Shown: piece by piece, positions 51,220-61,619 of the stretch
Position numbering within the stretch: position 1 is the stretch's first letter
How the letters are laid out: each line of letters begins with the position of its first letter
NCBI GenBank assembly: GCA_036172245.1
Contig: JAYWIR010000002.1
Coordinates: forward strand, 6,634,001 to 6,698,000
Reading direction: 5' to 3'
Origin: Raillietiella orientalis
Taxonomy: Eukaryota
DNA: 64,000 nt
Made by a program: the position numbers and the translations under genes
The notes under the pieces: generated by a model
What the model was told of the DNA's origin: nothing
The model's input: only the letters and a program-made list of their open reading frames with translations
Databases searched by the model: none

Positions 51220-53850
51220 CCCATCCGTCGGATCCGCTGCTTCCGCTTTGCCGTCCATCCGAAGCTGCCTCCGATGAGAGTCCCTCCTTCCTTCCCTCCC
51301 GGAAGGTTCCTCTCCTGATTCGCAAGAGTGGCTTCCCGGTTCCGCTTCTTCGTCTGCTCCCCCCTCCGGCGAGAGGGCGCCCGCCTCCCTGAGCAGCCGC
51401 GCGCGAGCCCCAGGCCGCCTATTCCTTGAGATCCGAGCGATCTCGAGAGGCTGGCAGCTGCCTTGAGAAGTGCCCGAGAGCAGGACTTCAGGAACGGAAA
51501 GGGCCCCCCAAAAGTTCCGGAAGACCCGAACGGGACTCCGTCCCAAGAACTGGCTTGCGCGGAGCGACGCCATAGAGCATGTTCGGTGGAGTCGGAAGAC
51601 CCTACGTTTTCAGCAGTGGTGTTCTCTCCCTTCCCAGATGCTGCTCATGGTCTCCGCTCCTGAAGGAGCCAAACAGTTTGGAGCCAAACTCTCTCGATAT
51701 CGCCTCGGGCTGAGAGACGTCCATCTCTTGAAGGAGTGCGAACATGGATCTCTAGAAAAGGAGAGGCTGCGGCGTCAGCTGAGCAAAACGTGAAGAGACG
51801 GGAAGTTGATATTCGGAATCTCCCTGCCTTTCCTTTCCATTCCCCCACCCCTACCCACCCATCCAACATCTACAAACGCCTCTAGTTTTCGACCATATGC
51901 GCACGGTTTCGTGGAGTTGAAGGACGGAAATCCACCTTGGTGACCTTGACGCGACGGGACCGTCATCCGAGACATTTCTCACTCTCACTACAGACGTGGA
52001 AGACGTCATCTGATCAGGAGCCATCCCGAGGTGGGGACGCAGTCAGCGAAGTCAGCATCTTTCCCAGGGTCCTCCGATCAGCCAAAGGAGCAGTCTTCTG
52101 CGTTGTCAAAGTGCAGCCAAACGCAGGAAGAGGACCCCTTCCCGTCTTGACAGACCCATTCGACAGTGCCTTGCACATCCCAGGTGGCCTTACTCCCCGT
52201 AAAGGAAGTGTGCACAACTGCAGGACGCCACCGTAGCTGCAGGCAGCACCCCTGCCAACGAGCGGGCAGATCATGTGAACTGCTGCTAGTTACGCCTTCG
52301 GCCGTAAGAGGGCAGACGCCTTCCTGCGAAGAGAGCTTTCGGTACAGCCAGCGGAAGCAGCGACGCGGGTGCGCTGATGCGTGGAATCCCGAATGGGGAA
52401 ACGGCGAGGAGAAATATGAGGGTAGTGGGACGGTGAACCACATGACGGTAGGATGAGGGAAGGTGATCCTCGGCAAGCGAGAGAACCGTGAGAGCATCGC
52501 CGCGGGAAGGCAGGCACATCAGCTGTTGGTATGTGAATTTACGAGGCAATTCAAAGACTGGAATCGTCATGATGTAATCGTGAAGGATTGGATTAATGAA
52601 TGGTGTTTGGAATTCATTAGTCTTTGAAAATTCTAATGAATGTGTTTTCTGGAACAAGTGCTCTTCGAGGCACCTACTTGCCCTGGTAATCCTCGCGAAT
52701 GGACCATTCCGGTGCTACCAGCATCTCCAGAGCTATAATCCCATTGGGAGAGTGCAACATGCTCCAGGCGCATATGCGATCGGAGAGGAATCACAGAGGC
52801 ACGGAGATTCTGAACGAAGTTCCGGCATTCACTGTACCTTGCTTCTTGCACCTTCCCATAGTAGGGACTAGGATTGGAATGCTTCAATTAATCGCAGAGT
52901 TATTCAGGACAGTAATTCTCTGTGCTGCAGCATGATGAGGCCAGAGTAATACATACGATTTACAGGATTCCCTTGGGATTCCATTCATCTTGTGCCACTG
53001 CTGGGGTAGTTTGCTAAAGTGACACGCTGATGCAAGTAATCTATTAATAGTGTTCATAGATAGTTCACAACCCATTCATAGTGTTGATACTCATTCGATG
53101 ATGAAGCTTAAATGAGCACTCCCATTTATGCTTCCCTAAAGCTGAAAACTCTGGACACCAAGGATGGCTGGACGCAATACGTCCAGCTATCCTTTACGCT
53201 GAAACCACCGTTGGCCAAATTCATGAAAACCGTAAGACCCATGGTGTCTGGCAACGTTTTGACGCACATGGCCCACGGCGAGATGGATATTTCAGAAACT
53301 TTTGTACGCCCTTGTAAATCGCATGCAAACAGAAAGACTGTTTGGATGGCTGCATCCGCACGCCGCACCTCATCCTTAGGGGGTGCTGACGTGTAACATT
53401 CGTGAGCTACCTAGAAACGACGCCCAGGAACACAGACAAATTGCAGCACTCGTGCCTGAAATCCAAACTCTATAATCTTCCCTTTCGTCCCGTGCGCGGA
53501 GACATGCTGGCAGACATCAGCTTTCAAACACGCTCACTGCCTCTCTAATCCATGATTTTACCCCCCATTGGAAGTTGTTGAGTTAATTGAGCTTCTTCGA
53601 AACCGACAGCGATTCCGACCCTGAACTACTTCGGACTCTCCTTAATTACGCTAATCTCGTTGCTTTGCGCCCGTTCCGGGGAACGACTGGTTTTGATTCC
53701 ACACAAAAAAATTCCCTTGGGAAAGAAACGAACCAGCTTCGCTTCACGGGACAAAAGTTCTGGATGTGCAAGCAGGTTCCAGGAAACTGGAAGGGTACAT
53801 CCCTCCTGATCGGATGCGAGAAATTTTTTCCCCCTCCGGAAACGCCCCTA
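51220..53850 (+). mobile_element. Degenerate DIRS-type retrotransposon: RT, RNase H, MT-like, tyrosine recombinase
   Basis: In order across frameshifts: PKNWLARSDAIEHV..RKTLRFQQW..SAPE (RT, ~51545-51660); TSAV/YVNLRGNSK and INEWCLEF (RNase H, ~52515-52615); RSERNH..TVILCA (MT-like); PPLAKFMK, KTVWMAASARRTSSL (~53335), RPVRG, FDSTQ (~53692; HSTR with two single-base changes), MCKQ..W..KFF (YR). Confidence 0.8.
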
Positions 53851-54649
53851 AGAACCCGTGTGTTGGTTTCCACGCTACGGCTGCAAAAAAAACCTCAACC
53901 CGGCTTATAACGATCCCTGCTAAAACAGTTATTTCTGAACCGTCCTAGTGCTTTCCTGCTGCATGGACCGCAACGTCAGATTGTTTTGAATTGATTAGGG
54001 TTTGGGAGCGACTCCAAATTTTCAGGAGCATTCGAGGATAACAAGACTTTGACTCGGAGCCGCTGAACTCCTTGAACAGAATTTCATGGTCTCATTTCCC
54101 CCTGAAAGCGCCTACAGATTCGACCTCTTTGAAAAGAAACGCTTCATCGATCCCTAGGCGACCACAGTTTTTGAACTGACCTCGCATAGGAGCCGGAAAA
54201 GGTCGCTGTTGAAGCCAACACTGAGACAATCACACGTCGGGCTGTTACATACATGGGCTTCGGACTCCTCCTGAATCCCTGTTTTGCTCCATCTGAACCA
54301 CTTTTTACCACACTTATTACGTGAACGGAACAGGAGTTCTTATCAGAGGAATGCAGAAGCGTCATCTGAAGCCTTGGGAGGGGACTTCCTATGGAAAGTC
54401 GCTGCTGGCCGCTGAAATCGCTATCCGAATATGGACGGGGGAGGAGAAGTCTTGAAAGAACGTTGCTTCTCTTGGCTCACTAGCTCCAAAGATTATTCTT
54501 CCTTCAACTGCACTACCCTGACAGCTGTGAGTCATGGAAGGAACCAACATCTAAACCTACAGGTGTTGCGATTTTGCTGCCCACCGTACTTGCACTGGAC
54601 CATCATCATCCCACGAGGGTCGCTAAGGAGACACGTGAATCGACGTTTC

Positions 54650-56150
54650 GCATCCTTCCGGTTTCATTCGTTGATTCTGTTGCTCTCTGAAGTGCCTTCT
54701 CTCTCAGTCGGCATAGGACCACCATTTCCTTGCGTGCTATACACCGCACATTTGAGTTCTACGCGGTAACTGGTCCCTAAGCAGGATGAGATGAGGCGAA
54801 TAACTGCGATGTCGAAAAAGTTCGATGGTGCACTCCAGGCACAATGAGAACAGCATGTACACCAAATGCTTGGGTGGGATACTTTGGGAGCGGGAAGTAC
54901 ACTTTAATGGTGTGAGAGAGAAATATGGGAGTGCAGATCTTCAGATGTTGGCATTCGCTCCTCTGTCTGGTGATTTGCCTGGAGCTTGGATTTACAAACA
55001 AGAAATACTCTCGATAATTACCAGAATTCCATTTTCCTTTTTTTCTGTTTTGGAAAACAGAGTCCAGGATTGGTGTCATGATACGACAGGCTTCCTGCCA
55101 TATCAGAACGGATATCCCGTGGACACCAGAGAAATTCCTGAAGACCCTGCCATGACGACAGCCTTCCTCCGAAGTGTTTAGGCTCCATCCTGATGGCTTG
55201 TTGCACCCGTTGTGTGCCAGCTCGAAGAAGCAGGGACTGCACGTACTTAGGCACTTTGTCATCGCATGTGAGTATTTAATTGATCGAACCACGCTACTTT
55301 AGTGGGCATAAAACATCGAAACTTATCCACAGTATGCGTTCCACAGAGAGGGTCCAGCGGCTTTACGAACACACTGCCTCCAGCATTCAACGTATGTGTC
55401 AGGTCAAGCTTTGGATATTTTTATGGGAGCTGTTAGCCTGTTCACATGCTCCAAAAACCGAAACACTATCCGAAGTTTCAAGACACGATTTGCAAAACTT
55501 CCTGGCTTTAAGCGCTCAGGTTTGCAAAGGCCTGCAGACTTTGAAGCCTCAGGGTTTCGATCCGAGGTCTCAAGGCTCACATGCCAGGTTCAGATTGGAA
55601 GTCTGGAGGCATGTGCTGCTTCCAGATTGAACATCCTCGCAGGTTGCGATCTATTTTGAGAAATAGCCAAAGAGAAGGAATGCGTGTCCGCTGGTTTCTC
55701 ATGGAGGTTCCAACTGTGGAAAAAATTGATTATGCATTCTTACAAAAGGAAGAACTTCGGGCTACTGGCATACGGTTAGCATCGAGATTGGGATTATGGT
55801 AATGGGTTTTACTCATATCAACAGTTTACTTGAGCTTGTCGTTGTCGAAAAGTATCTTCGAAAGCCAAACGTGGGTAAGTTGCACCGTAATTGCAGAAAG
55901 CACTTATCAAATGTGTTCCATATCGCATGAGATGGGCCGCGAAAGGTTTGAAATCCAGGCGTTCCCAGTGTTCCTTCTTAAGGGCTTTTGCCAAAGGACA
56001 ACTACCGTCGAATCTCTCGTCGCAAGATGGACTGCGAGCGGCATGCTCCCAAAGCTCTCTCGCAAACCTATTTTCCGAAGTGGCCCTCGGAGATTGGGGT
56101 CTGGATGCAAAAGTGACTCGAGTGACGTCATGAAGCGGGTGACAAACTTG
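54650..56150 (+). mobile_element. Degenerate DIRS-type retrotransposon: RT, RNase H, start of MT-like domain
   Basis: REKYGS, QDW, IRQASCHI..EKFLK (55081-55143), FRLHPDGL+8aa+K (same spacing as FxxLPFGL..FTK), YLIDR, QALDIFMG, RWFL..ASRLG, THINSLLELVV (~55811), PKDNYRRISRR (~55991). Confidence 0.78.
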
Positions 56151-56581
56151 GAAACTGTGCAAACACGCCTACACCAAAAGACTTCCGTTTCGTGCCAAGT
56201 TCGAACGAAAACTGCCTCATACTAGGGAATGGAATGATACTAATGAAGATGTTCCCGATCTTCCTTTTTTTTTTTTTTTTTTTTTGAGGACTGTTGCCGA
56301 CTACGGCTTCTCTCGTGTGAACAAAAGCGTGCTTTTCTGGGAAAAGCAAAACTGATTAAAGCAATTACGTAAAGCTATCCTTTATCATAATAAAGCAAGC
56401 AAGGGAGAAAGAATCTAAAACGTGGGCCCTTCGAATGTTCTTCTCTTTTGATTCTTCGTTATCAGCTATCAATTGGAGCTACAGCCATGTGTACTTTAAT
56501 TTAATCCTACACCAAGCAGAGCTGGGGCGCTTAATTACTTTAGGAATGGCTGTGGCTCAAACTGCTTCATTATGAACATCC

Positions 56582-57180
56582 TTAACCTGTTAAACGAGTC
56601 ATTTTGTTTTTTCAAAAGTGCACCCGTGGGTGCGTGAATTGGAGAAAACGAATGGACACGTCAAGCGCACGGCAAATGTATACATTGAACGTTTCAATGG
56701 GAAAAAAAGGAAAAAAAAATTTGATTCATAAACATTTCGTTATTGTACAGAAAATGAGAAACTTCACACATACGAAAAAAAAAAATAAATAAAAAACATA
56801 AGAAATTCAATCCGATTTTGCAGTGTGATATTTTTCGAGGCAAGATGGGACACAAAGTGGCACCTCGCAGGTTGGGCACCAACATCGTGTTCCCTCACGA
56901 ATGCCATTTTTCCAAACACACGATACACCTTCGCGATGCACTCGTTCGTGTAGATGGTACAAAATGTGGACAGTGTTTTCCGATGAGGCACGGAGGCTCG
57001 GTGCAGTTACAGCGGCTCGACCAGCTGCCACGGCTCCCTAAGTTGAAGATTCCTGAATAATTTGTTCCGTACTTTCGAGCAAAAAAATCCAATCGATCGA
57101 ATTTTCCACCGCTTTTCGTTTCTTTTTTTCACATGATAAATACGAGTTCAAGCACACAATGTCCGAGTTGAAGATGCTGT
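56582..57180 (-). mobile_element. piggyBac (PGBD4-like) transposon 3' remnant, frameshifted
   Basis: Minus-strand frames give DIVCLNSYL..KYG, LIGKHCPHFVP..RRCIVC, then KNGIREGTRCWCPTCEVPLCVPSCLEKYHT (C-terminal Cys-rich domain, stop at 56807). TTAA followed by CCTGTT at 56582 is a plausible terminus. No 5' end found. Confidence 0.85.
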
Positions 57181-57704
57181 TTCCTTCATCAGAATGCCGA
57201 ATCATTCGCAGTGAGACCCATATGTTTTATCTTGGTGCTCATTAGAGGGTTGGCTGGCTCAGCTGACATGTGGAACCATGCTGGCGTCTCGTGAAAGCAA
57301 CATATTGTCCCACTGCCCTCCCGGCCACCTTCGTTACTTCATGTCTAACACGATTACACTTCCGTGAAACGTCATTGCAATGATGGTGGCTTCTCTGAGG
57401 CTCAAAAATGAATTCAAAGTTCCTCACTCATTCGACTCGGGAATACGAGAACCAAGATGATGGTAATCACGCCTATTAAAACTGACCACTGCCGGGAGCA
57501 CTTGGGGGAAGCAGCTTGCGTGTAAGCGCGTATCGAGCGCTTGGATGGTGCTCCACGCTCTTCAGCTCACATCCCCCTTTGTCCCAGTGCACGGAAACGA
57601 TCCGACCCCACGACAGATGGCAGATCAGGAGCCAAAAAATCAATCAGACTGTGGATGGCAGGGCAAAGAGAACGGAGAACAGAACAAAATTTAATAACAA
57701 AAAA

Positions 57705-58797
57705 ATGGTTGTGTATCGAGAATACATCGCCAAGGAATTTGTGGTATCAAAATGCTCGTCAGGTTTCATATTTCTGACTCTTACAGGCTGTCTCGCAATT
57801 GTGCTACCCTTAATAATTTCCTACAGATCTCAAGGTAAGCAACGGCTTGTTCTGGTGATTTTAGTTTTCCCAGGGATGTTTCACGAGGTTGAATGGTTTT
57901 CCGAGCAGCCGGACATACAGTTTAAATACGAATTCTTGTTACTTTTGAGCTTGCGGGAATCCGATGAGTTTATTTTCTGGAGCACAGATCCCAAGCTCAA
58001 CTCACTGTTACAAGATCACTTACGTGTACCAACCATCAAGGTAAACATATCCAGTTTTATTAGCTCATTACGTAGCCATGAATATAGGCAATAGAAAACG
58101 ATCTCAATAATGACGGTAAACTAGATCAGATTTTATTCACTGTGGATGTACCCCTTAAGGAACAAGAACAAGTGGACACGATGAAATTGTTGCTGTTTTT
58201 TGAATGCCAATTGAAAGTAAGTATGTCTGGGTGTTGAAAGCTACAAAGCAAATGGGATCAGAAAATGGTTCATCTTCGAATGGATGGCATGATTATGATA
58301 TCAGAAACATCCAACACAAAGCATAGGCAACTCATCATGGGTGGGGAACTGCAACTACTTGCAGCACAGCCTTTAAGTCACAGTGGCTATGATAATCGCT
58401 ACAGTGAACCTGCTTTAACCTATGAAAAATTAAGGGATGCGAACTTCGATTTAGCACCTATTTTGCAAGATTACACACAGCGCAACGGTCAGTAAGATAT
58501 GTAGAGCACAAACATCGTAACAAGAAAACCACAGTAACCCTCCAATATCATAACCATTACAGTTTGTGGTCGCCCCATCATTCTGATAATTTTCAACTAC
58601 GCAGCACATTGAACATTAGGGAGCATGTGCTCATGTATGCTCCTGGACCCTGGCAGTTGTTACGAATGGGATGGACTCAATACTATTGCATTCTGGTGGT
58701 TGTATGGACAGTTGTGCATCAGTTACATCGGTATATATTAGAGGAACAAATATGTCCAAGTATAGTACATTTACCATGGAAAGAAAATGTTTCTTGA
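57705..58797 (+). CDS. TMEM231: Transmembrane protein 231 (MKS-module ciliary transition-zone protein); join(57705..57834,57874..58040,58088..58216,58262..58487,58535..58797), 304 aa
   Basis: Four GT-AG introns (39, 47, 45, 47 nt) splice into one 915 nt frame with consistent phases. Peptides PLIISYRSQG, EQPDIQF, FWSTDPKLN..LRVP, ENDLNNDGKLD, QPLSHSGYDNRY, YTQRNVT and YAPGPWQLLRMGWTQY match the TMEM231 family pattern in order. Confidence 0.93.
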
Positions 58798-59095
58798 TCT
58801 AACCAACCAAAAGGTAAATTACTTTGAAATCCAATTTTCCTCCATTGTAATTGCAAAGGCTTACATTCCCTATCAGTTAGAGGCATGCAAACCTTTACTA
58901 AGGTACCTAATGTTTACTAAGATAATTTGCCATTGCATAGCACTTTCTAACATCTATGTTCTCCAAAAGTAGCTTACACTTGTAGCTCACTGATATTCAC
59001 TAATAACACCATCTATCACCATGTCGTACAGTAATGCCAAATGCCAATCTTGCTTAATAGTTGCTTATTTTCCAATTGAAATTTAATTGAGGTTG

Positions 59096-59361
59096 CCTTG
59101 TCTTGCTTCAGTTAGTAGCACAACTAAAGTTCAGACCATAGATGCACTAAATTAAAACTTATGGAGGTATGACAAAAACATAATGATCTCTTAACATACT
59201 TTGGTATATGTTAATCCTACTTTAATGGTGTGAAGAATTTCAGTGCTTAAGATCTTTTTTTTGTCATACCTCCATAAGTTTTGGACAAAAAAAAGATCTT
59301 AAGCACTGAAATTCTTCACATCATTAAAGTATGATTAAGTAATAACTGAAGCAAGACAAGG
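59096..59361. repeat. Nested inverted-repeat cluster
   Basis: 19 bp IR 59096-59114/59343-59361; 25 bp IR 59154-59178/59258-59282; 55 bp IR 59211-59265/59284-59338 with 2 mismatches. Confidence 0.95.
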
Positions 59362-59429
59362 TACATTTTAAATTTTAATCATTCATACAAACACAATAGT
59401 GAATGCAACAACTGGAGCTCAACACTTAT

Positions 59430-61000
59430 GACTGAGTGGTGTTAACGAAATATAATAAAGCCATCTTTAGATAATTCATTTGAATGAACACATTCTTTAT
59501 TGTTTTATTTTCATAAGATGGGTAATAATACATGGAATTTTAATACATATGCATAATGCATTTCTTTAAGCTGAGATTCTGGATGAGTCCACATCCAAAA
59601 TTATGTGAAGCTTGAACATGTTAGCAAACTAAGATATGATGTGTTTCTTTCCAGAAATTCATTCTCTCATTCAATACTCACAGATACATCGTCACGCTCA
59701 CAAAGGATGAATTTGTACTGTTAGCAGTGACAATTTTCCTAACAACTACCATCAAAATCTCTGGTCTGTCTCATTATTTATGCATGAGTACACATTCTCC
59801 TAGTTTGCACTGATGCACTGAAGAAGAAAAATATATGTTACACTGCCCCCAGAAGTAAAAGTCAAATGGTAATATAATAGAATTTCCAGAAACCTGATTT
59901 GGTCAATGTTTGTGATTGCTACTATTCAATTTCATATAACAAGAAACATCATCTATTACTGCAAACCAAAGCATATTATTTCAAATTATAATACATCGCA
60001 TTTGATAGCAATATACTTTGATAATAGTGGGTACGTATTTTATAATTATATATAAAAATCACATAAAAAGAATTGAAAAATGAACAAATGATTTTTCCAT
60101 TGCTGAAACTGCAAATTTTGGAAACATTCTCTGTGATCATAATTTGCATAAATAGCTAAATATTCTTGATGCATTAGAAGACAAATTCATGGTACAAACT
60201 CAACTGCAATGCAAAATATTACTCACAATGCCGGTTTTTTTTACTACCCAAACAATCAAGTTCATGAAAAAATACCTGTTCTCTTTGAAAATCCAGGTTA
60301 CTTAATTTTAGGTAAAACAGTGAAACTGAAACTCACCAAATCATGTGATTTCCCTCATTTTAAAGTAAGATTTGACTTGAACTCTTATTTTAGCCTTCTG
60401 GGTAGTCACACTACCCAACCTTGCACACAGGCAGTATCATGGCCACTGAATGAAGGGGAGGCGCGATTACTGCTAATTGAAAACTATACCCATCATTCCA
60501 TACTGGTTAGCTGAACAAATATCATACTAGAAACAGTTCTCATCACATAAAATTGAGTTCCGGAAATTCTTTGAGCCTTGAAGGTTCAACAACTTTTACT
60601 CAAAAACAGCTTTCACAACTATAAATTTCAAACTTGTTTCAAAGTATTTTTTGAAAATAATTCAAGAGTTACAAAATCCATGATGCTTGTCAAAGTTCTG
60701 TTTGCAAGAATGCAATCTAATTTTTGTTGGTGGTGACGTTTACAGATAGCAGTGCATTTATGAAAAGCAGCAGTGAAGAGTGTACTCACATACAAGAGAA
60801 CCAGAAAGATTCAAAGCAAAATCATTCTTAGACTTTTGACAAGATCTGAAAAAAACAGCCAAGCAGCTATTTTGGAAGCTCCATTCGTATTTAAATATCG
60901 AACTTAAAGAAAGTTATTTGCACATGTGCATGTTTCATGATTTCATGCTCAAATGTCAAACAACTATTAAAAACAAATATCTAATTTGCTTTCAGTTCCT
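59430..61000 (+). mobile_element. AT-decayed DIRS-type relic
   Basis: HLNEHI, DEFVLLA (~59707), YVTLPPEVK (~59835), TNSTAMQNITHNAG (~60195; DNTTAVAYINHQGG-like), NPGYL. Confidence 0.5.
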
Positions 61001-61619
61001 TTATATTACAATTAAAAGAAAATTAAATATTTGCTTTTAATTATTATTTATCTTAACAAAATAAATAATTTCAAAACAAGATATCAAATCTGCTGGAAGC
61101 ATAGGGTTTTATTAATTCCAATCAAACTTTAGATTCAAGTTTCGATGGAGAAGTAACCAATGCATTAATACTTCCATTCGAAAAAGAAAAAACACTAAAA
61201 TCAGATGCAAAATAACTTTGTTTTAATCGTTTTGTGACATATGAACTCAAAACCACTGGCAATTCAATGTCAAGACAATTCAATTCAAAAAGGAAAACGG
61301 AACTTCGCCTAGATATGCAAATTTTGCGGATAACTTAATAGCCTTCCTATCACTATCTGTAACATGATGCACTCTTTCGACACTATGCTGAGATACTACG
61401 AAGAGAACATGAAAGAAATTTGGTAAAAATCACGTGGGTTCCATGGTCCACATGAGTTTGTAGAATCCACTTCCACCATATGAAATATGCGCTGCCTTTG
61501 GAGATAATGAACGAATGCCGCGGTGCTAATGAAGACGAATATCGTTTCAACGAACAATGCACTTCCAAAGGCATCCGTGCCTGATTGTTCCCAACCCTTC
61601 TACTAAACGGTCACCAAAA

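Noticed and set aside
54400..54540. Minus-strand THSCQGS..HIRIAIS resembling SF1 helicase motifs V/VI
   Set aside because: No upstream motifs I-IV in order; antisense to the inferred gag-region of a + strand unit; likely chance.
54877..54900. Walker A-like strings (GYFGSGKY here; GVSGGGKN on minus ~53823-53847; FPPTGKTT ~19647-19671)
   Set aside because: All imperfect, without a convincing Walker B, and overlapping regions better explained as DIRS in other frames.
1..57180. Teratorn-like piggyBac-herpesvirus giant element or other endogenous DNA virus
   Set aside because: No terminase, capsid or polymerase motifs recognised. The coding-like stretches are explained by DIRS domains, and the putative piggyBac terminus lies between the transposase and the GC block.
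57516..57704. N-terminal extension of TMEM231 suggested by the ORF track
   Set aside because: It starts at a non-ATG codon; family similarity begins at the ATG at 57705, which has an A-rich context.
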